From: Tubulanus polymorphus
Lineage: Eukaryota > Animalia > Nemertea
Assembly (NCBI RefSeq): GCF_964204645.1
Contig: NC_134026.1
Span: 23,284,150-23,348,149, forward strand
Reading direction: 5' to 3'
Length of the DNA: 64,000 nucleotides
Part shown: positions 13,701 through 24,470 of the stretch, piece by piece
How the letters are laid out: each line of letters begins with the position of its first letter
How positions within the stretch are numbered: the first letter of the stretch is position 1
Notes under the pieces: generated by a model
The model's database searches: none
The model's input: the letters and a program-made list of their open reading frames with translations, nothing else
Told to the model about the DNA's origin: nothing
Program-made: the position numbers and the translations under genes

Positions 13701-13997
13701 CCAAATCCCATTATTTGCACTCACCTTTTCGGATCTGCGTGGTTCTTGTTCCAGGTCTTTTACATCGTCGCTAAATACTTTCTGGGAGCTATCGCCTCTT
13801 AGAACTTGAGTATTTTCTTTCACCGCATTTGTCAAATCGATCAACAATCTAGAAATTTCGTCTTCGTCGATCCTTTTTCGCCGCCCGCTTTTTCGTCGAC
13901 CGTCGGTGTCGTGCGGAGATTGTGGGCCGTTATTTCTAGATCGCACCCGTTCATCAGTGGCCATTAGGGGACTGTCTTCAATCAATGGTAACGACAT
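10760..13997 (-). CDS. Cys-less (Pro-loop) pentameric ligand-gated ion channel subunit, about 8 coding exons
   Basis: Spliced exons give VSVEVRVGYKKIIDVDTVKQLYKAEIFVQTKWPEP, LWRPEIAILN, LEDFPFDVQEL (Pro-loop with no flanking Cys pair), KRNPGYYVWNIIFIM (pre-M1/M1), KARLVITFTLLLTCVAFK (M2), LPPISYLTYL|DIYIL (M2-M3 loop/M3), M4, then HYRRTKEMNRKDDEYM|KQKQ...QGIV*. Confidence 0.85.
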
Positions 13998-15663
13998 TTC
14001 GAACTCAAGAAAGGTCCTTGGGTCTCTAGAATAATACTGAATCCAATACCCTTTACTTCTTACGTCTATGCAAAATGTTCGATGTCTTTTAACCCAAATA
14101 ATCTGTTCTCAATAATTTATGTACATGTACATATTATAGACGAAATCAACAAAGTTTTGTCACGTCTCTTTGTTTGAAAATCGGTAATATCATTGTCAGC
14201 TCTTATGACACATTAACTTTCGATTTAATTTGCGGCATCTGCTTACGTTCGCTAATCCTTTTTCATACGGTGTCCCATCAAAACGATCTTCGATTTTCTA
14301 ATAGTGTTGTCGTGTTAATAACCGCTCGTATGGCGAAGTGCGACATACAGCACGGGTGACCATGACGCCAATGATCAGGTCAGAAGGCTAAATAGAACTG
14401 TATATGCAAACCGACAACAGTACTAAATCCGTCACTGTGTCTTAAAGACCGGTTCCATTCAAAATGTTTGTTCATTAAATTTTTCTTCTAGTGTATAGTG
14501 AACAATCGCATTAGTACAAGCTTTTCTCAAAACACGAACCTTTCTTAATCCTTGTACAACACGATACTTGTTTCAGTTGCTGATTAGAATAGCAAATCCG
14601 TTTAGCGAAGTTGCTAATTTATGAGCCAATAACCGGTAAATGAAATGGAGGTCCATGGTGCTAGTTGGAATAATCGCTGAAAAGGAAACTTCGATATTTT
14701 AGCTGCATTTAAATAGCTCGCCAACATAGAAAGCAATAATATGAAATGATGTAGTCCGGGACGAATTACACAATATCACCGACATAAACACGCCATGCAT
14801 AACTAATATGACAATCTGCAACCTCTGCCGAGAGAACAATAAATTCATGAACTCCCCATGTACGGCAATAGGGTAATAGCTACAATAAAATTCTCGCCAC
14901 TTGTGCTGCAAATAAAATGACGGGATCGTTTAGAGTTATTGAAAATGTTTTGTTTGTTCTGTTATACGCGTTTGAAGCGCCGGCTGCTGGATCTATAGAC
15001 GCGGCAGGTCGATCGGTTCTTCCATCGGTGTTCCACAGCCACATGGGGATACGTATGTCAGGTTTTTTCCAAATGAAACGAGTTATTTTTTAGTTCTACG
15101 ACTTCATTATTTATCATTTTAAGATATTGCAGTGAGAAGCTATGCGAAAAAATATAACTTTGATTGGAAATTGTGTTTAGTACGACATTCGAAAACGTTA
15201 GTTGATTTAGTTCTTTTATTTGACTGTATGTTTGAACGAATGCGATGAGGCAAAACTAAAAGATAAGGGTAAAGGATAGTACCGGATCCATAGACATGGA
15301 AATCTGAAGTCTCGGCTTCTGAAAGTGAAAGATTACATAATGGAAAATTCTAATTGGAAATTTGAAAAAAATATGTAGTTGACCTAGTGCACGTTCTATC
15401 GACCTGTTCTCTTTTATGTGCCATCAAAACAATTCTTTGTATTTCATTTCCATATTATGTGATTTTCAATATATATATCTACATATGTCTACCTATCAAT
15501 GGACGATTCGGGTGGGGCGAATTATTTCGGTCTATATAGTATTAGCCTACATATTACACTTGGCGAGTTCAACATAAATCAAACATCTTCACGTCGATTT
15601 CGCGCAGTAAAACACACTTCATATCTACGGATATCAATCCAAATCGAATAGCAATATTCTACG

Positions 15664-18600
15664 ATGGATCTCGAAGAACGTCTCATAGAATTGGGAAACC
15701 GGGGTCGGTATCAAATTGTTAGTTTTATTTTGTATGGATTCAATTATATGACGGTCGTCTTTCAGCATCTTGGAATGGTCATGTACGCTAGGGATGTTGA
15801 ATACAGATGCAACGTAAGTATCAAAGAAGGCTAACTTAATTTCTTACTTAGTAACTTACTTACTTACTTACTTATTTACTTAGTCACTTACTTAACTTAC
15901 TTAGTTACTTAATTATTCTGTTTCTTACCATTCTTTTCTTCCGTTGAAAAAATATTATTGTGTTAGGGAATAATCATCTAACCTTAAATCCAATGTCAAT
16001 GAATATTTCTTATAAACCATTATTCAATTGTTAAATGTACATTATTATTCTATCGATATTATAACTTATTATGTACTATTACAGTTGCCAACGGGTGCAG
16101 ATCCAAACATTTCGGTGCCTGTAATTGAACGTGGGGGCAAACTAATTGAAAGTCATTGTACGATAAATAACTATGCTGTAACACCAAATGGACAAATGAT
16201 AATGAATGCTACTTCAAAGTGTGATTTGTTAGGGTGGAATTTCCCTGGCATCCGCCACATGGAAACCATGGCAAATACGGTAAGTATACGTACAGTACTG
16301 CAAGTGTAGTTCAAAAAAGAGTACATGTTTGATTAAATCATAAAGAATATTCTAATGTCTTTTTTAAGTCACAGGAAATATACATTTTTTCTGTTATATT
16401 TGCAGTGGTTATTGGTCTGTGACAAAGCTTACCTTAACTCGTTGATGATATCCGTTTATTTCCTGTGTGCAGCAATAGGTGGTGTTGTATTTGGTCATTT
16501 AGCCGATCGGTGGGGGCGAAAGCCATTAATTTTTATCCCTGCCATACTTCAAGCTCTGTTTGCTGTGGGGGTTTATTTTTCGACGGATTTCACCTCGGTT
16601 GCCGTTTGGAAAGGACTCCAAGGGTTCTTCGAACAGGTACCAAAATGCACAATTGTATGCAAATCCTTATGCGTTTTGAATTGTTAATAAGTGTGAAATC
16701 CATTTTACGTAATATACGTGACACACTTTGTACGTATTCATTTTTTATGAGTGAAATGTTAAATTCAGGGAATTCTCGTCACGAATTGGGTGATTTGCGT
16801 GGAATTGTTTGGTCAACGAATACGACCGATCGCCGGTATAACTGTATACGGTGTTTTCTGGGTGCTTGGTTATTTGTGGATGTTGCTTATGTATATGTTA
16901 GTCGTTGATTGGAAGTTGGTTCATCTGATTCTCTCAATTCCCGCTGTGACGATAGTTGTCTATATCTGGTAAGATTTGGGACCAAATATGAAAAAATAGA
17001 ACAAATACTGGAACGTTATTCGGGTTATTGTCATAGGAACACGAGTAATCAATCAGTATTTTGATAGGATAATGAAATTGATAATGTTGAAATTTCAAAA
17101 GAAATTCTATCGTCTCATCAATTCTCAAATAGGATTATATCCAATATCACGAGAAGTTCTAAACGCTGTTTCTATCTGTGATCTGATTTCTTAGGTGGCT
17201 AGGCGAGTCTCCTCTTTGGCTTCTACACAAGGGTAACCTCGACGCTTGTCGCAACTTGATACGTCGAGCCGCTCGAACAAACAAAAATCACGTTCTGTCA
17301 AAGCATCTTGACCCGAAGCACTGTCCGCTTCCCTCGAAAAAACCGGATATCAGCCCTGAATCGGGATGCTGTTCGATTCCTATTGCCACAAACAAGCATT
17401 TGAGAAACAATATGCTAGCGATGTTTCTAATAACGTATGTCCAAATGACGACAACTATGAATTCATCATTAATCATCGATGTAATTTCCTCTGACACATC
17501 AACTCTCGTACATTAACGTTTTAGATTTTGTGTCTGGTGGGTCTACTACGATCTGGCGATCTATCCACAAGCCTGGACAAACCATGTGATTATTGACCGA
17601 ATAATCAATATAGCTCCTACTGAGATTCCAATTTCTATCGTTCTTCCGATTATTCTCTTCAAAAGGACAACGTGAGTAACGATATCACGAGTTTGAACAT
17701 GAACCAAACAGATCTCAATTTCCTAAATGATGGATTCGAAAGAAATACTAATCAATATTCTTTATGGTGAACATCATTTTATTGTTTAGTTAGTTGACAA
17801 AATCGCCATGATACACAAGTGAAAATTTAGTGAAATAGTTTTTATCAGCTAATAGCTTTTATTTCGTTTACACAGGATCAGCAGAAAGAATGTTCTTATT
17901 ACTTTTCTACTTTCGATGGCCTTGGTTCTTTCAGTTGCTGCAGCATTGCCTAATAGTTCTTGTAAGAATACTTTCTATGAAGATAATCATGAATACTTTT
18001 TCTTTGTTTATCAATCAAACTACAAATCTATTGATTATTCATTGTTTTACTTGGTACGGTTTAGATCGTCTTAAACGTTTAGTACCGGTACCCGGGAGTA
18101 CTATGTGGTATTCTAATTTTCTAATTTTCAGCACTTGGAGACAGTATATCAAAAGTTCGGATGCCCCTTGTCTTAGTTGGTAAATTTTTCATAAGTGGAT
18201 GTATGGCATTGTGTTTCCTTTTTGCTGTTGAACTTTCCCCAACATCGGGCAGGTACGAACCATACTGTCGTTAACAGTTTCAAAAATATAGTTTTTTGAT
18301 TCGTAAGTGATTACTATAAGTTATGATTATAGACATTTTCACATGTTAGTAAATATAAAGTGAATTTTCTTTCTAGGGCAACGTTTATGGGGCGGTGTTT
18401 ATTGTGTGGTGCACTCGCTGTTGCCATCTGTGTCCAGATTCAGCGTATTCTGTCGGTAAGTAGGCCTACGTACTTCGATGAGCAACAATCATTTTTTTTT
18501 CAATTCAATTCACAAATGAAAGATTTTCTTATATAAATAATTTTTCCGTTTATAGAATTTATTTGAACGTTTATCACGAAAACATATAAATTTCAGGCGT

Positions 18601-20105
18601 CACTTTATCCAAGATCCAGTTATGTTGTGGATGTTGCTTTAGGAATTGTCGCGACATGGGCAGCCTTTATTCTTCCGAACTATACGGCGTTGGATCCAAT
18701 GCCAGAAACTGCCGTTGAAGCTAACCACGTCGGCCGAAGAAAATGGGTAATCCATGAAAAAGTGATTTGCACGAAATCACATGAAAGCATAGTTATGGGA
18801 TCCGATATACAATTATATCCAATTGGGATGGCGACCGGGTCACTTGGTCTACGATCAACTGGAGAGGAACAAACACGGGTAATATGGGTCGAAACATGTC
18901 AAACTGAAGAAGAGCTGCCTGGAAGTCCAGAAGAACCGATAGATAACAGTCAAACTGAAGAAGAACTGATAGAGGAAAATTCAGAAAAACCCAAAGAAGA
19001 ATGTCAAACCGAAGAAGAGCCAGCGAAAGAAAAATCAAAAGGACCGATAGAAGAGAGTCAAACTGAGCAGAAATCAGCAGAACCTATAGAAGAAAGTAGA
19101 ACGGAAGAACAACCAACAGAAGAAATTATACAAGAACCTAAAGAAGAAAGTCAATCTGAAAAAGAACAAACAGAAGAAATAATGGAAGAACCGCAAGAAG
19201 AAAGTCCAACTAAAGAAGGACCAACAGAAGAAATAACAGAAGAACCGCAAGAAGAAAATCAAACTGAAGAAGAACCAATAGAAGAAATAATAGAAGAACC
19301 TAAAGAAGAAAGTCAAACTGAAGAAGAATCAACAGAAGAAATGATAGAAGAACCGCAAGAAGAAAGTCAAACTGAAGAAGAACCAATAGAAGAAATAATA
19401 GAAGAACCGCAAGTAAAAAGTCAAACTGAAGAAGAATCAACAGAAGAAATAATAGAAGAACCGCAAGAAGAAAGTCAAACTGAAGAAGGACCAACAGAAG
19501 AAATAATAGAAGAACCGCAAGTAAAAAGTCAAACTGAAGAAGAATCAACAGAAGAAATAATAGAAGAACCGCAAGAAGAAAGTCAAACTGAAAAAGAACC
19601 AACAGAGGATATAATAGAAGAACCTAAAGAAGAAAGCCAAACTGAAGAAGAACCAATAGAAAAAATAATAGAAGAACCGAAAGAAGAAATTGAAACTTGG
19701 GAAAAACCAGAAGAGTGTAAAGAAGAAAGTCAAACTGAAGAAGCGCCAGTGGAAGAAAAGTCAGAAGAACCTAAAAGTCAAGTTGAGAAAGAATTAACTG
19801 GACAAGAATCACATGAACAGATAGAGGAAATTCAAACAGAAGAAGGGTCACCGGTAGATGAAACTACAATAGTTCACGATACTGATACTTTGACCAGTGC
19901 GGCGGCGTGGCCATTGATGAATGCCCCGATTGAGAAAGAGTTAACAGAAACACAAAGTTTACATATGAACATATTTGATGACGAATATGAAGACGGGGAT
20001 GAAGAAATACTCGAACCTACCGATGAAATGTTTATATCACGAGGTGGAGTTACGTGTACAACTTCCGTTGCAGATTTCAGTATGCAATCAGAAATGGAGG
20101 ACTGA
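15664..20105 (+). CDS. SLC22-family (organic cation/anion transporter-like) MFS protein, about 10 exons, with a long acidic repeat C-tail
   Basis: N-terminus MDLEERLIELGNRGRYQ, large Cys-containing loop ending WLLVCD, GHLADRWGRKP (MFS motif A), VELFG...R, GESPLWL (cf. PESPRWL), ELSPTSGR (cf. ELFPTxxR), LP...PET. All joins are in-frame GT-AG. Confidence 0.88.
15833..15912. repeat. Imperfect (CTTA)n microsatellite in SLC22 intron 1
   Basis: Run acttacttacttacttacttatttacttagtcacttacttaacttacttag. Confidence 0.8.
18897..19760 (+). repeat. Coding tandem repeat, 54-bp unit (18 aa, EEPQEESQTEEEPIEEII-like), roughly 15 copies
   Basis: Successive units visible in the 18627..20105 ORF, e.g. EEPKEESQTEEESTEEMI / EEPQEESQTEEEPIEEII / EEPQVKSQTEEESTEEII. 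Confidence 0.95.
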
Positions 20106-20483
20106 TATGGGAGAAAATCTAATTCAAGAAAGCTTAATCATAATGCTTCATCATTATATTATCTAACGTGTATGATGAGATGAACAGCGTGAAACCTGGA
20201 CGGTACTTGTAAATGGAGGCGTGCATTACAGTTTACGTTTGACAACATTGTATTTTAACGCCTTGTCGATTGAAACTAATAAAGACACATTTTTAATTAC
20301 AATTATTATTCAATTTAATGTCGCTTACGTGATACATGACAAGAGGCCACCAATCATCCGCACTTTATCAAGGAACCAAATAGTTTGGTAAATAGTTTGG
20401 TACTTTTGATGCTTTCAAATGACGTTGAAGACGTAAATCGGCGGAGCTTGGTCATCAATAAGAAACAAAGGGAGCGATTCGTA

Positions 20484-20663
20484 CTAACGGAACCTCGTTA
20501 CAGCGAACTTCACCGGGACCAGAAAATATGTTCGTTATAACCAATAGTTTGTTATATCCAAAATAAAACTCATCAAATCAAATGTTCTTATTCGGACGAA
20601 ATTCGATATTTGTTATATCCGATGGATCGTAATATCTGAGTTTGTTATAACAAGGTCCCATTG
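20484..20663. mobile_element. Tc1/mariner-pogo MITE, copy 2 (inverted relative to 8933-9112)
   Basis: Its 5' end GGAACCTCGTTACAGCGAACTTCACCGGGACCAGAAAAT matches the reverse complement of 9071-9112. Its 3' end is TTGTTATAACAAGGTCCCATTG followed by TA. Confidence 0.7.
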
Positions 20664-21269
20664 TAGAATTCGGTGCTATGTGCACTGAGTCTCGAGTTGG
20701 TATTCCAACTGCGGTACCGGGTACCTTCTATGAATCGAAGAATAGTTATTGTCATTTTACCTCTCCCGTCCTCCTATCACCATTTAAGAACGTACGATTT
20801 TCAAAGTAAAATATTTGTTCTTTCGAGTAAGTACGGCGCGACGAGTACCGGGTACAATAAAAGTTTTTTCTCCAATTCAATTATTAGCAAAACATTTTAT
20901 TGAGGGAAATAGAATAATAAAAGAAACAACTGGTACAAAAATCTTAGAGAATCAACGCCGTGATTTTAAGCTTGTTCTATTTTCATCGAATTTGAGCATG
21001 GTTCTGTCGAGTTAGCCGCGCTGGTTATAGACTGGTTGTCGGTCCTCGGTCCACTATATCCGTTAAGTTGGTCAGGGAACCGTATGGTGCTGCCACCTAC
21101 AAAGTGCCATCTTATGACGTATGCGGAAGTAAACTTGAGAAAAATAAAAATTTTTTACTTTTCAAAAGTGTTATATTATTGAAACCCGGTGGAAAGGATA
21201 GTACTATGAAAAGGCGTTTCATCTGTTGTTTTTTCTTGTTATGAATAAGGTAGGCCTATGAAGAAATCG

Positions 21270-21866
21270 TTAAAATATGTCTATTTACCGTCGTCGGTGG
21301 CCTATTTTGCCGCTTTTTTGGGTGACGACAGCATTCGGAGCTACTGCCTGCAGTTTAGTTTAGGTGTCCCTAATGGTTATGTACCTTACCTTGCCGTAAC
21401 ACTATTCTTTAATAACACTAGCGCCACCCAGTGGATAGGTGACCCAAACTGCAGTTAGACCATTACTATATATATAGTGTTAACTAAAGTAACAATAAAA
21501 TCATTAGGCCTATTGGGTTTAGGGTTTCAATAGGGTTAGTGTCGAGAGGGTCCAGAGGGTTCCGTTTAACCGCTAGGGATAGGATTAGGGTAAGGTGAGG
21601 TACTATAGATAGTTAAAACATTCGGGTGGCTTTCAGCGAGCTCGGTGGTCTAGTGGTATGACGCTGCGCTAGTAATTTACTAGCCTGGGTTCAAGTCTCG
21701 CTCTATCTGCTATATTTTCTCTAACTCTGTTCTCCACTCTTTCCTTGAATTTTCGAAGTCGCGCACCTCTGTGCGCATGCGCGGCGTAAATCAGCCAATC
21801 AGCGACGATGTACGGTAAAATAGCGGAAATAAATACTCGGCCGTATACGGTAAAATATCCACTGCC
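21270..21866 (+). mobile_element. Non-autonomous TIR element with TTAGGG-like repeats and a tRNA-derived segment, copy 1 (left end degenerate, start approximate)
   Basis: Shares AATAAAATCATTA...TTGGGTTTAGGGTT...GATAGG...GAGCTC-Abox-Bbox-CGCTCTATC with 43430-43849. Right end GGTAAAATATCCACTGCC matches that copy's TIR. Confidence 0.65.
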
Positions 21867-22508
21867 TTCCATCGCAGCAAGCTCAGCAGTCAGCATACGA
21901 GCATGCTCAGTATGAATTAACTGGTTGCCAGGTTGGTAACGTGGTAACGTTGTATGCACATTCTTGATTCAATTTGAGATGGCACTGCTACTGGTTAGGG
22001 CCACAACATGTACGATGATGTTAAGAAGTAGACTTACCATGTCCATGATGACATGCCTGTCGAGGCATCTAAACCACCACCAAAACGATGCTGGCCCCAG
22101 AACTTCCTTAAAACAATAATGCCCCTCATGTCGTCAGAATAACTTCCAAGAATATTGAGTTAGCGAATCGCTCAATTTCAACCCCACTATCAGTAAATTG
22201 ATGATGATATCCTTGCTTGGCTAGTCTAGTATAGTATCTAGCCGGACGTTGTTCCCAAAAAAAATGCATATACATTGTTAGGAGAACCTGTTCGTCATCT
22301 GGTATTCAGGCTAAATCTTTGGCGAGGTCAGTCAATTTGCATATGAAATTCTAAATTTCGTCCTACTCACCAGTCCAAGCAACTACAACTTTACCGACCA
22401 AGCAATTTCTAAAATTAGATACCGGCTACAAGAAAATAAGAATTGATGACAGCGTTGATTGACTATAGCAGCTCTAATTGATTTTTTGCAGGATCGTCCT
22501 AATTGAAA

Positions 22509-24002
22509 ATGGCTCGAAATCAAGTGAATAACAACAGTGGAGCAAAGTATCATAGACTTACGAAGACATCTGATGGAGAAGGATATGTCGATTTGCAGGT
22601 ATAAATATGTCAACGGCTATTTTCTTTGACATAAAGCGAAAAATTGAAATGATTTCTCATCATGAAAAATTCAGCTTCCAAATTCTTGTTGTGGTTTAAA
22701 AGATTTATGACATACTCGATGAGGTAATCTTCGTTTGAATTGCATATCAAGTACAGTTAATGTACTCTTTGACATAACAAGTGTCTGTGGCATCCATTGA
22801 TAATTTTCGTTCATTCGAAAACCCTTTGAAAGTGGACAAATGCTGCTGACTGATTGTTTGGATTCATTATTACTCCGATACATGCTGAGGAATATGGGCT
22901 TACAGCCACCATTTAGTGGCTATGACCTGGAAAATTGGTGATGACAGCAGTGGACACCTTGCAGCTGACACCATACCCATCGTCCACTGTTCATTAGAGT
23001 TCAAATTTGCTAAATGCTATAAGGAGCTTACTTTGTGGTGAAAAATGATTAGATACTCTCGGAATATACAATTTGTGCTCGAGCTTATGAGCTACTAGTC
23101 TGGATTTATCTGTCTCTGGCATGCGCTATACATAAATCTGATAGAATTTCTAATCAAATGAAGGCTTGTTTTACTGACACATGTCTGGATTTCTTACATA
23201 TACAATTCAGTGTATGCTCAGTGTACAGCTGCTCGAGTTTCACAAAATGTTTTATAAGTGATTTCTTTGACTGTACGTTTCAAACTTAAGAAATACTGAA
23301 GAATGTCGGTAAAAAGTAAAAATCTATCATTGACGGAATCTTTGATAGCTAAAGATGTTGATAATCCGTTTGTTGAAAACGATCCACCTCAAACTGAGTC
23401 ATTGCTGAAACCTTTAATGGTATGTGCATGTCAGCAATCTATAAAGTGAAGAGAAATCTATCAGAAGTTGACACAGATAATTACTAAATTTGTACATTAG
23501 GTCTCAGGATGAATACCAGTGTGAAATATTGAATTGTCAATTGTAACTTATTCAACTCTTTTAGTCACTGGTTGGTCTTTTTCTAATTTCAGTTGGTGGC
23601 TTTTCTGCCAAAATTCTTGAAATACTAAATATAGAAATGTTTTTGTTTCCTTAGTGGAAGAAACCTCCATCTAAAATTCCATACAAAGCAATTTTGCTCG
23701 CAACTGCGCTGTTTGTGGCTGGATCATTACTCATCATAATTGGTGCCCTCCTTTTAGCTGGTTACATTGATGCAAAGGTGAGTTACTGAACAATTGTACA
23801 GGTATCTGAATATTTTGGCTGAAATGATGATTAGCTAATGACGATCTATTTCTTATGCTTGCAGTATGCTGATCGCACGTGGCCTGTTCTGATTCTTGGA
23901 GCATTGATGTTTATACCAGGAGCCTATCATGTGCGTATCGCGTACTATGCTTACAAAGGATATGCTGGATATTCATTCGACGACATTCCTGAATATGATT
24001 GA
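22509..24002 (+). CDS. TMEM230: Transmembrane protein 230; exons 22509-22598, 23655-23777, 23865-24002 (116 aa)
   Basis: [30 protein letters not shown]|[41 protein letters not shown]|[45 protein letters not shown]. This matches TMEM230 hallmarks (GYxDLQ, KIPYKAI, PGxYHxRIAYYA, YSxDDIP). Not present in the ORF track. Confidence 0.95.
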
Positions 24003-24470
24003 CAATTTTGCTTCTGTAAGATGGACTAAATAAAAAACATTCCTCTAGCATCAATTTGTCAAGAGGGCATAGTTGAAGCTGCAAAAGTTCTACATTTTAT
24101 GGTGGAGGATCAAGAGTTTATGGAGAACTGAACTAGTAATCGTAATTAGTCTCTTTTGAGATATAATGCCATTTTACTGCCATCCCCATCCGATCCAAAT
24201 AAGTGTATATTCTCATCGTCAAAACCATCTCTGTACATAGCATCTCATCATTACTGAATAAATCATCTACTTAAATTATTGTTTCAATTCTATGCTTTAT
24301 GTTGTTGCTTTTCATTCTAAAGGTTTAAAATGGATAGCAGCCTTTCCGTCAACAGTGATTTAAAAATAAGTCTGTTGTATGATGATTAATGATTTAATAA
24401 AATACTCTTCATAGTTAACACATCATTAGAATAATCTTAATTTTCAATACATCTCTATCTAATAGCTAGC

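Noticed and set aside
18793-19733. Phe/Leu-rich minus-strand ORFs resembling membrane proteins
   Set aside because: They are antisense shadows of the GAA-rich coding repeat.
18897-19760. CRISPR-like array
   Set aside because: Contiguous coding tandem repeats with no unique spacers, in a eukaryotic context with no cas genes.
21638-21703. tRNA gene (Thr-AGT-like); likewise 43691-43756 (Ala-AGC-like)
   Set aside because: The acceptor stem is truncated, the anticodon stems pair poorly, the two copies have different anticodons, and both sit inside a TIR element. They are tRNA-derived rather than functional tRNAs.
21669-21959. 96-aa minus-strand ORF
   Set aside because: It overlaps the TIR element end, has a non-ATG start and has no recognisable motif.
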